From NCBI GenBank assembly GCA_963827755.1, contig CAWHCQ010000012.1, positions 96,001 through 160,000 of the forward strand: a DNA stretch of 64,000 nt, read 5' to 3'. The stretch is from an uncultured Gammaproteobacteria bacterium (lineage in GTDB: Bacteria > Pseudomonadota > Gammaproteobacteria > UBA9214). The notes under the pieces are model-generated. The model did not search any database. It was not told the DNA's origin and saw only the letters and a program-made list of their open reading frames with translations. Below, piece after piece: positions 47,416 to 57,824 of this stretch. Each line of letters opens with the position of its first letter. Position 1 is the stretch's first letter. The translations under genes and the position numbers were made by a program.

Positions 47416-48144
47416 TTATTCGACCAGCCAGTTCTCCATGCGTGCACGCAAACGAATCAATGCCTGGCCGTGAATCTGGCACACCCTTGATTCGCTCACA
47501 CCGAGTATGTCACCGATCTCACGCAGGTTGAGTTCTTCGTCATAGTAGAGGGCCATTACCAGGCGCTCACGCTCAGGCAAACCCTTGATGGCCTCGGCCA
47601 GACCCTCCTTGAAATCTTCATTCTGCAGGGTATCCAGCGGCTGGTTCAGCTCGCGGCTGTTGCTGGCATAACCTTCCTCGCCGGCGTTCCCGGGATCTTC
47701 AAAACTGAATATCCGGCATCCTGTCGCATCCTGCAGGATCTTGTGATAATCCTCCAGTTCAAGGCCCATGGCTTCAGCAACCTCCACGTCTCGCGCATCG
47801 CGACCCTTCTCGTTCTCGATCTTGCGTACAGCCTCTGCAACCTCGCGCGCCTTGCGATGCACGGAACGCGGCGTCCAGTCGGTGCGCCGTATTTCGTCAA
47901 GCATGGCACCGCGAATCCTGATTCCGGCATAGGTCTGGAAACTTGCCCCCTGTTCCGGATCAAACTTTCTCGATGCCTCTATCAGGCCGATCATGCCAGC
48001 CTGGATCAGGTCATCTACCTGCACGCTGGCCGGCAAACGGCTCATCAAGTGATAGGCAATACGCTTGACAAGTGTTGCATGGCTTTCGACAAGGTCGTTA
48101 TTCGCTCTAAATTCACCAGCCTGTTTCGCTGTATTGGATTTCAT
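47416..48144 (-). CDS. fliA: RNA polymerase sigma factor 28 (FliA)
   Basis: LVKRIAYHL..RLPASV..DDLIQAGMIGL, YAGIRIRGAMLDE.RR.DW.PRSV, LYYDEELNLREIG..LGVSESRVCQIH. Confidence 0.96.
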   Translation of the reverse strand: MKSNTAKQAGEFRANNDLVESHATLVKRIAYHLMSRLPASVQVDDLIQAGMIGLIEASRKFDPEQGASFQTYAGIRIRGAMLDEIRRTDWTPRSVHRKAREVAEAVRKIENEKGRDARDVEVAEAMGLELEDYHKILQDATGCRIFSFEDPGNAGEEGYASNSRELNQPLDTLQNEDFKEGLAEAIKGLPERERLVMALYYDEELNLREIGDILGVSESRVCQIHGQALIRLRARMENWLVE

Positions 48145-49028
48145 GACAACACCTCCACGTTTATATCTTCATTTTGAATAAGACGTTCTACAAAAAATTC
48201 CAGGTGTCCGCCTGCACGGTCAGGCCGTGGCCATGCAAGTACCCGCCTGGCCAGACTCTTGAGTGCCATTGCAGCGCGGCTGCGCGGAAAGGCAGCAACA
48301 ACTGCCTGATGCTGCGAAACAGCATTGCGGAGATTCTCATCGAAAGGAATAAAACCGGTATAGGAACAAATGATATTGTGATTTGTCGAAGTCAGGCGCT
48401 GCAATGACCTGAATGTTTCTTCGCCTTCGGCGGCGGTCCTGACCATGCTGGCCAGTATCCGGAAACGCGAAATTCCGAACTCCGATGACAACATATGGAT
48501 CTGTGCCGCGCTATCCCTGAGCGAAGCCGGCTCATTGCAGACGACCACCAGGACTTCGGTCGCAGCACTGCAAAAACTGGTGACGACATCGGAAATTCCG
48601 GTAGCCGTATCGATCACCAGGGTATCAACAGGCTCTCTCAGATCACTGAATGCGCGAACAAGTCCGGCACATTCATTGATGCCGACATTCGCCAGTTGCC
48701 TGATACCCGATGCCGCTGGAATAATCATCAGGTTATCCGTGCCATCAAGAATGACATCTTCCAGCAGGCATTCGCCGCTAAGGACATCGAGCAGGGTTAT
48801 GTGCGCATCCAGGCCAAGCAACACGTCAACGTTTGCCATGCCAAGATCGGCATCCAGCAACATGGTGCGATGCCCTTCAGCCGCCAGCGCCAATGCAAGG
48901 TTGACGGCAATGTTGGTCTTGCCGATGCCGCCCTTGCCGCCGGTCACGGCAATTACCTGCACCGGCCGCTTGTCCGTGGCTTGTGTTGCTGCCTCGCAGC
49001 CACCCAGCTTGACTTCAGACTGTGGCAT
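48141..49028 (-). CDS. flhG: MinD-like ATPase FleN/FlhG
   Basis: VIAVTGGKGGIGKT, LDADLGMANVD, C-terminal GHLEFFVERL typical of FleN; ATGA overlap with fliA. Confidence 0.9.
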   Translation of the reverse strand: MPQSEVKLGGCEAATQATDKRPVQVIAVTGGKGGIGKTNIAVNLALALAAEGHRTMLLDADLGMANVDVLLGLDAHITLLDVLSGECLLEDVILDGTDNLMIIPAASGIRQLANVGINECAGLVRAFSDLREPVDTLVIDTATGISDVVTSFCSAATEVLVVVCNEPASLRDSAAQIHMLSSEFGISRFRILASMVRTAAEGEETFRSLQRLTSTNHNIICSYTGFIPFDENLRNAVSQHQAVVAAFPRSRAAMALKSLARRVLAWPRPDRAGGHLEFFVERLIQNEDINVEVLS

Positions 49029-49119
49029 GTGAATGTTCCCCGGTTGTTTGCAGTGCGCGACGTTTGCTCATGACTTTTCCTGTTTATGTGGTTACGTATT
49101 TGTGCGTACCTACCTATCA

Positions 49120-49136
49120 AGCAAATTGCATACCAG
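49120..49136 (-). promoter_or_regulatory. sigma54 (-24/-12) promoter of flhG-fliA
   Basis: Minus strand CTGGTATGCAATTTGCT (GG-N10-GC), about 90 bp upstream of the flhG start. Confidence 0.72.
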
Positions 49137-49235
49137 ATTTTTTCAGCCATGAAAAAAGTCCGAAAAAAATCGCCAAGTAATTGTATTTAAATAATATATT
49201 AGAAATTGATCAGCAGGCGGGGTAAGGTGATAGTG

Positions 49236-49251
49236 CGTCATATACTTGACG
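49236..49251. promoter_or_regulatory. putative FleQ-binding enhancer
   Basis: Palindrome CGTCA-TATACT-TGACG matching the 14-bp FleQ box pattern GTCA-N6-TGAC, 100 bp upstream of the sigma54 site with an AT-rich tract in between. Confidence 0.65.
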
Positions 49252-49379
49252 AACCGGAATGAATGCCAGGGATCCGGCGCTTTTATGCAGGAGGTTGGCG
49301 GACGGAATGCCGGGGCAACAGACAGCAGGGTCAGCCGCCCCGGGCGATGCTGAAGTGACACTTCAGCGGGGCGGGTACT

Positions 49380-51624
49380 TCAGCCGGAAGCGCGGGCAGC
49401 GGCTAACCAGCTTGAGAAATGCTCGTCCGGCAAGGGTTTGCACATATGAAATCCCTGGGCTGCATCACAGCCGAGACTGTCGAGCATATCCCAGGAGGAA
49501 CTGTTTTCCACGCCTTCTGCTATGACCTTGAAGCCGAGGTTATGTCCCAGGTCGATAATTGAACGCACAACGGCGACATCCTGCTGACCGGAGGCAGGGT
49601 CCGTTATGAATGACTGGTCAATCTTCAGTGCGTGTATCGGCAGATGCTTCAAGACGGGAAAGCGAGGAATAACCGGTGCCAAAATCGTCAATCGCAACCG
49701 ATACGCCGCAATCACTCAACTGCATCAATACCTCCGCTGCATGATCAATATCCCGCATCAGTGTCGCTTCGGTTATTTCTATTTCCAGACAGTCTCCATC
49801 AACGCCTGCCTCGTTTATTGCTTTGCGTATTCTGTCAAGCAAGCGTGGATCGTGAAAGGTTTGCGCAGAAAGATTTACGGATACCGGCACGGGTGTGCCC
49901 TCGAACGACCATTGCCTGCACTGCAGCAACGCCGTGAGCAGCACCCAGTCAGTTAACTGCGTTATCAATCCCAGTTGTTCTGCAAGAGGAATGATCCTTT
50001 GCGGCATTAGCACGCCTTCCAGGGGGTGAATCCAGCGCAACAGGGCCTCGGCAGCGTTGATACGCGAGGTCTGCATATCAAGCTGCGGCTGGTAATACAG
50101 TTCAAACTCGTCGTTTTCCAGCGCAGCAGGCAGTTGTCCGGAAAAACGCAACTGTTCGACCGGACTGACATCAGTCAACGGGGCAAAATACTGATAAGGC
50201 AAACCATCCCGCCTGGCACGCTTCAGGGCATTTTCTGCATTCTCGAGCAGGGATTCCTCATTCATGCCATTTTCAGGAAAACAGCTGATTCCAAGCGTGA
50301 CGCCAACACACAACTGTTTGTCCCGTACGAGAAAAGGTATGTTCATTGCATCCAGAATCCGGGTGATGACACGATCCGCCGCAGCCCTTGCATGACTCGC
50401 AGGCTGCAACATGATACCGAAGCAATCAGCCCCCAGACGTGCCAGCAAATCTGACTCGCGCACAAGCGCATGCAGGCGCCTGGCAACATCATGCAGAAGG
50501 ATGTCGCCAACATCATCTCCAAGGGTATCGCTGTACATCCTGAATTGATTGATATCCAGCACTATCACAACAAGCTGTGAACCGGGTACGCGCCTGGACA
50601 CTGCCAGTGCCATGCTCAAATGACTCATCCAGAGTGCACGGTTCGGTAATTGCGTGAGCTTATCGGTCGTCGCGAGGCGTTCAGATTCGCTGCGCTCAGC
50701 AGTCAGCTGGTGGATGTCCTCTACAACGCAATGAATCTTTGCAGTTCGACCCAGACGGTTGCATACCGGATAAAACGCAACCCGGTACCAGTGTAATTCT
50801 CCACCGGCAAGCGACATGCGCACGTCGACATGACCGGTACTTCCATCGACAGCGTTCGTCCAGCCCGTAAGCAGCTTCTGCCGATCTTCCTCGCAGGTGT
50901 CAGACAAGCAGGGTAATGGCGCCTCCAGGCCTTCCCCGTACAGGCCCTGCGAGGACCGGTTTGCGAAAACCACGTTATTTTTCCTGACGTCCACGCTCCA
51001 GAACAGGCCGGGCAAACTGTCGAGCAACTCTTCAGCCCTGCCCCGGTCCTTTTCAAGACGGGCCAGTTCGCTGCCGACAGACTCCCCGGCTGCCTGCCAA
51101 TAACCCTCCATGACCAGGCCAAGGTTTCGAAGCAACAACCTGTTCAGCACAGATTCAAGTTTCCGGCTGTCATCCGGCGCGAGGTTCAGACCGGGTAACA
51201 GCCCTTTAAGATGATCGATAAACAGATGATAGGTAGCGATAATCCAGACCGGCTTGAAACCCTGCTCGAAGTGTTGCGCACCCGCTCCTGCCAGTGTGTT
51301 TTCATGGCCAGAATCTTTTTCCGGCACAAACACATCAAACAGGCAGGCCAGCTGCGCACGAACCCATTGGCCGATATCGCCCCCCTTTCTTTCGCAGGAA
51401 TACAATATGTTGGCAATATCGGGGTTTCCGAACAGGTATTCATAATATATCTCTGCAAACCCGGTGGCTGCACGGGCAATACGATCCCGATATCTGTTGA
51501 AAATCCGGTTATCTTCAGCCGATAACCGAAACACATAGTAATATTCTTTTGCGTAAACACCCTGCCGGTTTATCGCATCAACTGATGCAGGACTGGCATT
51601 ACGATTGTTCTTTTTTTCTGTCAT
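49380..51624 (-). CDS. globin-coupled sensor / PAS / degenerate GGDEF / EAL protein (frameshift near 49650)
   Basis: Sensor globin features (IYYEYL, GAQHFEQG..PVW...Y), PAS-like segment, RESD-x5-GADCF, EAL domain with EALLRW, DDFGTGYSSL | KIDQSF, AEGVE, QGF. Confidence 0.88.
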
Positions 51625-51974
51625 GACCTGAATCGGGTTATGATTTTCATTAAACGATTGCGCAAGCACCGGGACATCAATCGGAGCTGCACTCGAACAC
51701 ACACAATGACCCGGTCGCCTGTATGTCAGTACGACGGATCAGGGTAATCAGCAAATGAAATAATTATTATTCCCGGAAAGCCCCCTCCCGGTCATATTTT
51801 GCGAATGAATCTACCACAGCAACGATTCGGGAGAAAGTCTGTTTATCGACAACAGTTCATCTGTTATCGCGCCAGCATGCGAATGCTATGCTATTAATCG
51901 CTTTCTTTATGACATTAACCGGAACCGGTTAACGTTGTCCGACACAAAAGTTTACAAAATAGTTGTCGTCAGGG

Positions 51975-53405
51975 TTATGACGCTTGCGAGTTTCTCTGCA
52001 GACCATACTTGCGAAGTTTTTCTACCAGCGTTGTTCTGCGCATACCCAGCCGTTTGGCCGCATGCGCCACCACACCACCTGATTCCGACAAGGCCTGCTT
52101 GATGTAACTGATTTCCAGGGATCCAAGGTGCTCCTTCAGATTCAAGCCATCCCTGGGAAGACGCGGATCAAGATCCTCCGAGGTAACCGGGGAACCGATC
52201 AAGGCATCGAGCATTTGCTCGGAAACCTCGCCATCGTCGCTGCGGAATTTTTCCGGAAGATCGGCCGCGTCAACAACGGCATACGGATGCAGGATTGCGA
52301 GACGCTCGATCAGGTTGGCCAGCTCCCTGACGTTGCCGGGCCAGCTATACTGGCAGAGCGCGTAAATAGCGGCCGGTGAAAACCTCACCGAGCCGCGCTT
52401 CTCGTGCTCGATCCGGCGCACCAGTTCGTTGGTCAGCAGGGGAATATCCTCGAGCCGCTGACGCAACGGCGGCATCTCGATCGGGAACACGTTCAGCCGG
52501 TAAAAAAGGTCCTCGCGAAATTCGCCCGCGGCGATCGCCTCCTCCAGGTTTTTGTGCGTCGCTGCAATAATCCGCACGTCTGTGGTAATGGTTTGATTCG
52601 ACCCGATGCGTTCAAAAGTACGCTCCTGCAGGACGCGCAATATCTTGACCTGCATCTGCAAGGTCATGTCGCCGATTTCATCGAGAAACAGGGTGCCCCC
52701 GTTGGCCATTTCGAAGCGGCCCTCACGATCCGAAATCGCCCCGGTAAACGCGCCCTTGGTGTGGCCGAAGAGTTCAGACTCAAGCAAGTCACCCGGAATT
52801 GCGCCGCAGTTGACCGGCACGAAAGGCCCGTTGCGACGGGCAGAATAATAATGGAGGTTCCTGGCTACGACTTCCTTGCCGGTTCCGGACTCGCCCAGAA
52901 TAAGCACGTTGGCATCGCTTTCAGCAACCTGCTTGATCATTTTCCTGACATCCTGAACCGCGCGGCTGCTGCCAACCAGGCTTCTGAACAACTCAACCGG
53001 GCGATGGGGCACGGCCTCGGACTGCTGCGACTCCACGTAGACCTCGGCCTGGTGCAGGGCACTCGTCAACTGGGCGTAATTCGGGGGAACGTCCAGACGT
53101 CCGAGAATGCAGGAGCCCGGGTCGATGGTAATCGTTGGTTCCTTGCCCTTCTCGGAGAGTAAATATATCGGCAGATTTTCATCAACATCATGAATTTCGC
53201 CGACGATCTTCGACAACCTCGCGTCTGTTTCGCACGAGCCGATCATGACCGTCAAAAAATCGGAACAGTCGCCGGCCCGTTCTTTCCAGCGGTCACAATC
53301 ACTGACCAGCAACGGGGCACAATTGACGAACTTGAGGACGGCCTGCAGTTCTTTTCCCTTCTCCGGATCTGAATCGATTATCAAGACCTTGGGTTCGCTT
53401 TGCAT
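51975..53405 (-). CDS. fleQ: sigma54-dependent regulator FleQ/FlrA
   Basis: REC-like N-terminal domain, [48 protein letters not shown]-terminal [15 protein letters not shown]. Confidence 0.93.
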   Translation of the reverse strand: MQSEPKVLIIDSDPEKGKELQAVLKFVNCAPLLVSDCDRWKERAGDCSDFLTVMIGSCETDARLSKIVGEIHDVDENLPIYLLSEKGKEPTITIDPGSCILGRLDVPPNYAQLTSALHQAEVYVESQQSEAVPHRPVELFRSLVGSSRAVQDVRKMIKQVAESDANVLILGESGTGKEVVARNLHYYSARRNGPFVPVNCGAIPGDLLESELFGHTKGAFTGAISDREGRFEMANGGTLFLDEIGDMTLQMQVKILRVLQERTFERIGSNQTITTDVRIIAATHKNLEEAIAAGEFREDLFYRLNVFPIEMPPLRQRLEDIPLLTNELVRRIEHEKRGSVRFSPAAIYALCQYSWPGNVRELANLIERLAILHPYAVVDAADLPEKFRSDDGEVSEQMLDALIGSPVTSEDLDPRLPRDGLNLKEHLGSLEISYIKQALSESGGVVAHAAKRLGMRRTTLVEKLRKYGLQRNSQAS

Positions 53406-53834
53406 GTGAATTCCTGAAGGTGTGGTTATTTTGACTGATTATTATAAAAACCGGAGAATTATTAAAGTTATTTATGAACGATCTCTGTACTCGCCTATCC
53501 CGCTGAAGTTAACCACCCCGAAGCAAGGTTGTCAAAACATCACTGCTGGCAAACAAATACGTAATGTCGGGACTTTACATCGACCCTGCGGGTCTTTCTA
53601 TCTCATTGTAAAAAGTTAACAATCCGGGCTGACGGAAAATACACCCCTTCGGGCAGGCCTGCTCGTCCGTGCCCCCGCCTTATCGCTTCCCGCCAGGGGT
53701 TTTATACCGCTCGACAGAACCCTGCAGCTGAATAACCGGCATCAGCATCACCCTGCCGGTGTCTGTCAATCTGAATGATAGACCAGGTTTCGCCATTTTT
53801 TCGCCGCTTTGTGATCGACACCCCAAAATCACCC

Positions 53835-53861
53835 TAAACTCACCCCCGGCGGTGACGATAC
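53835..53861 (+). promoter_or_regulatory. putative sigma28 promoter of flgM
   Basis: TAAA-N15-GACGATAC immediately upstream of the FlgM-like ORF. Confidence 0.68.
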
Positions 53862-53877
53862 CTTTACTAGATCAATT

Positions 53878-54114
53878 GTGATCAGTACCAACAACAATCA
53901 CCGACAAACAAGCCGCAAAATTTACCAAAAACGGTACAAGCATCCTATGATTATTCAACCGCCAGATATCCCGGAAATCAGTACAAGCCGGATTGATACC
54001 ATCCGTAACCGGCTGGATGAGGATAACTACATTGTCGACATTCAACAGATAACCAGCAAATTCATTGACCTGGAAATAGCCCTGACGGGGCCAGGCAACG
54101 CACGGGTCGCCTGA
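53878..54114 (+). CDS. flgM: FlgM-like anti-sigma28 factor (start GTG 53878 or ATG 53947)
   Basis: PEISTSRIDTIRNRLDEDNYIVDIQQITSKFIDLE fits the FlgM C-terminal pattern (RV..IK..I..G.Y.VD...IA.K.I); sigma28 promoter upstream; fliA nearby. Confidence 0.7.
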   Translation: MISTNNNHRQTSRKIYQKRYKHPMIIQPPDIPEISTSRIDTIRNRLDEDNYIVDIQQITSKFIDLEIALTGPGNARVA

Positions 54115-54223
54115 GCAGACTCTCTTCCCGAAATCCGGATTCATCCTTCATATAGAATGCTCTTTGTACAGGGTGTTAGAATGCCGTCTGGTTTTTCAGG
54201 AATAAACCTATTAAACCTGTAAC

Positions 54224-54299
<76 letters not shown>

Positions 54300-54351
54300 C
54301 TTTTCATTGGACAGGCTCGTGTCTGGCCTCTTTTCGATTATCCGCACCAGG

Positions 54352-54428
54352 GTCCCGGTAGCTCAGCTGGATAGAGCAAGCGCCTCCTAAGCGCTAGGTC
54401 GGAGGTTCAAATCCTCTCCGGGACGCCA
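54352..54428 (+). tRNA. tRNA-Arg(CCT)
   Basis: GTCCCGG/CCGGGAC acceptor, anticodon arm AGCGC-CTCCTAA-GCGCT, GTTCAA, CCA end; 77 nt. Confidence 0.96.
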
Positions 54429-54452
54429 TTTTAAAAACAGGCGCGCTGCCCC

Positions 54453-56625
54453 TTACACCACCCGGCGCGCCTCGACCACGTTCGGCAACTGGCCGATCAG
54501 GGTAAGCACACGACTCAGTTGCCCGATGTCGGAAATCTCCAGCGTCAGCCGCATGCGGGCAATCCCGTCGCGCTTGTCGGTTGCCGTATTGACGCCGCCC
54601 AGGTTTATTTTTTCATTGGCCAGCAAGGCCGTGATATCGCTGAGCAGGCCGGAGCGGTCATAGGCCTGCACCGATATCTCCACCGGGTACGTGTCTTCGA
54701 AAGACTCCCCCCACTCCACCTCGATCAGGCGGTCCCGGTCATCGCCCTGCAACCTCAGCACATTGCCGCAATCCTGGCGGTGAATACTGACACCACGCCC
54801 GCGCGTGATATAGCCGACAATCGGGTCATTCGGAACCGGGCGGCAGCACCGCGCGATGGTTGTCAACAGGTTGCCGACACCAAGAATCTTTATTCCGCCG
54901 GGTGAGCTGGGCTGCTTCTTTTTCCTCGCTGCGTTTCTTTTCCGGCTGCACAGGGGCGCTGCGCGGCACCAGTTCGCTGGCGGCATTGGCAAGCTGGCCG
55001 GTGGTGATATCACCCCGCCCGATCGTTGCCAGCCATTCATCCACCTGCTTGAAATTGAACCGGCCTGCCATTTTCTCGATGGGCAAGCCGCTGATACCAA
55101 GGCGATGGTATTCCCGGTCAAGAATCGCGCGGCCGGCACTGACATTGAGCTCGTAGTCCTGGTGCTTGAACCAGGCACGGACACGCGAGCGCGCGCGGGA
55201 GGTCTTCAGGTAGCCCAGGTGGGTATTGAGCCAGTCCCGGCTCGGCCCGCCGTGGCGGGCGGTCAGGACCTCGACCTGCTCGCCGTTTTGCAATTCCCGG
55301 GTCAAGGGCACGATGCGGCCATTCACCTTTGCACCGCGACAGCGATGTCCAACCTCGGTATGGACCGCATAGGCAAAATCCAGAGGCGTTGCACCCTGCG
55401 GCAAATCGATAATCCTGCCCTGCGGGGTCAGGACATAGATACGCTCGAGGAAGGCCTCGGATTTGAAACCGGTCGACAAAATCACCGGCACTGTGCTCCT
55501 CGTCCTTCCATTCAAGCAACTGCCTCAGCCAGGCAATCTTTTCCTCGTAGCCGGGATCAAAACCGCTGCCTTCCTTGTAGCGCCAGTGGGCCGCGACGCC
55601 CAGCTCGGCATGCCGGTGCATTTCCTCGGTGCGAATCTGTATCTCCAGGGTGGCGTTTTCCGGCCCGACGACGGCCGTATGCAGGGAGCGGTAGAGGTTG
55701 TCCTTCGGGTTGGCGATGTAGTCGTCGAACTCCTTCGGGATGTGGCGCCACAGGCCATGCACGATACCCAGTGCGGCATAACAGTCCTTTTCCTCCTTTA
55801 CCAGTATACGTACCGCGCGCATGTCGAAGATCTGGTCAAAATCCAGGTGCTTGCGCTGCATCTTTCTCCAGATGCTGTTGATGTGCTTGGGGCGGCCGCT
55901 GATCACCGCCCGAATACCCTCCTTTTTCAGGGCCGCTGTCGAGAATATCGATGACCTTGTTGATGTAACGTTCACGCTCTTCCCGGCTTTCATGCAGCTG
56001 GTCCACCAGGTTCTGGTAGGCATCCGGTTCCAGGTAACGCAACGCCAGGTCCTCCAGCTCCCACTTGATCTGCCAGATACCGAGACGGTTGGCCAGCGGC
56101 GCGTAGATCTCCATGGTCTCCCGGGCAATGCGCTGCTGCCGTTCCTTGTCCAGGTGCTCCAGGGTGCGCATGTTGTGCAGCCGGTCGGCCAGCTTGATCA
56201 GCACCACGCGGACATCTTCCGCCATGGCCAGCAGCAGCTTGCGCAGGCTCTCGGCCTGCCCGCCTTCATAGAGGCCGGCCTTGCCGGCGTCCTGGAATTC
56301 ACCGATGCGGTCCATTTTGGTGACGCCGTCCACCAGGCGGGCAATCACCGGGCCAAAACCGTCCTCGATCTCCTTCAGGGTAAGCGTCGTATCCTCGACG
56401 ACATCATGCAAAATCGCAGCCGCGATTGTTTCATGGTCGAGTTTCAGCCCGTTGAGGATCGCGGCCACCGCCAGCGCATGCAGGTAGTAGGGCTCCCCCG
56501 AGGCGCGCTGCTGGTGCTGGTGGGCCTCGACGGCCGTGTTGACGGCCCTCGTGAGGATCGCCCGGGCGTCGTCGGGACGATCGGCGAGCAGCGATCTCGA
56601 CGCTCTGCCGGGCTGCCTCCTTCAC
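54453..56625 (-). CDS. relA: RelA-type long (p)ppGpp synthetase/hydrolase (several frameshifts; start approximate)
   Basis: RASGEPY, LHDVVED, IKLADRLHNMRTL, APLANRLGI, GRPKHINSIWRKM, EFDDYI, YRSLHT, TGS domain (TPLDFAY.VH..VGHRC), CC zinc domain and ACT domain spread over five ORF fragments. Confidence 0.9.
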
Positions 56626-56816
56626 GCCTGATTCTGCCTGCAAAGGCCTGATCCTGAATGACATCGGCCCAGGCGCACGGAGTACATACGCCCGTTTAAC
56701 CGGCAGGATTTCCTGTTTTCCATTCGCATCAGCGTCCTCTGTATATCTCCTTGTTTACAATGAGAATAGTATCTTATAATGAATGCGGACGCGAAACCTG
56801 TAGTGGCCACCGATAT

Positions 56817-56938
56817 TGTAAAGTAATCCAGACAATCCTGTGGGCGAGGCCGAATACCGCTAAGCCCTTGTTATGAATATAAGTTGCATGAAGTCATGGT
56901 ATTAGACAAGCTATATAGCTGTGTCAGGATATCTTACA
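56817..56938. promoter_or_regulatory. two TGT-N11/12-ACA enhancer-like boxes (PrsR/PEP-CTERM-box type)
   Basis: TGTAAAGTAATCCAGACA (56817-56834) and TGTCAGGATATCTTACA (56922-56938) upstream of a sigma54 site and a PEP-CTERM-type gene. Confidence 0.55.
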
Positions 56939-57010
56939 AAGCGGCTGGCAGTTACTCGAGTAACTGCTCCCAACGATGGTATATCGCTTTAAAATCAATG
57001 ATATATAAAG

Positions 57011-57027
57011 TTGGCACTGATTGTGCT
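57011..57027 (+). promoter_or_regulatory. sigma54 (-24/-12) promoter
   Basis: TTGGCACTGATTGTGCT (GG-N10-GC), about 90 bp upstream of the start codon. Confidence 0.72.
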
Positions 57028-57115
57028 TTTATTTAACCGTGCAAAGGCAGACTTCGCTATGATCTGTCTTCACACATTCACCAACAATCACACAGAGATC
57101 TAGAGAGGAAGTAAA

Positions 57116-57795
57116 ATGTTAAAAATCATAATTAAACCAATGATCACCATGTTTGCCCTGTTCGCACTGGCTGGTACTGCAACCGCAGCCCCATCAGATA
57201 TTCCAGACTGGACCCAGATCGGCGGTGCAAACCCGGTTACGCCAACCAATATCCTCAGCACTGGCGGCGATTTCAAGTACAAGGTGGGCAGCAAGGGCAG
57301 TGTCAAGATGAGCTACAAGGCCAAGGGCAGCAAGGGTGCGGTCACCCTCAATGACGTCTCACTTGGTGGCGGTACACAGTTAGGCAACAGCATCACTATC
57401 CAGAAGTCAAAAGTTGATGTCAAAAAAGGTAAAATTAAAATAACCGGCATCGACCCCCTGGGGACTTCCAATAAAAAGGTGACCCTCGTGACGGCTGAGT
57501 ACGATGAATCGGCGTTCTTCTTTGACTACTCCGGCACGCTGCCCGGTCTTCGGGTCATGACCTGTTCGGTGTGAGCACATTCAACATCGATTGCCCCGTG
57601 TGGAGCTTCTGCACCACAGCTGAGAGCTTCTACGTTGCCGGCGACTTCGGAAACGACCCCAACAAGATCAAGCTTAAAGGTTCCAAGGGTGGCGCAACGG
57701 CTGTGACGACCATTCCGGTTCCTGCGGCAGTCTGGCTGTTCGGCTCCGGTCTTCTCGGCCTGGTCGGTGTTGCACGACGCAGGAAACATAGCTGA
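57116..57795 (+). CDS. PEP-CTERM (VPLPA-CTERM variant) exosortase-target protein (frameshift between 57526 and 57570)
   Basis: GAGGA RBS, signal peptide ending ATA; C-terminal IPVPAAVWLFGSGLLGLVGVARRRK sorting signal in a second frame. Confidence 0.85.
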
Positions 57796-57824
57796 ATCAC
57801 TAAAAATACGTCTCTGTGAATTCA

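Noticed and set aside
51843-51870. Possible sigma28 -10 element (GTCGATAA, minus strand) upstream of the globin-EAL gene
   Set aside because: No TAAA or TCAAG element at the required spacing.
51915-51932. Perfect inverted repeat TTAACCGG-AA-CCGGTTAA downstream of fleQ
   Set aside because: No T tract on the fleQ strand and a 2-nt loop. I cannot distinguish terminator, operator or chance, so it is not called.
53422-53580. FleQ autoregulatory boxes upstream of fleQ (GTGGTTATTTTGAC, TGTCGGGACTTTACA)
   Set aside because: Only half-site matches in an AT-rich region; too weak to call.
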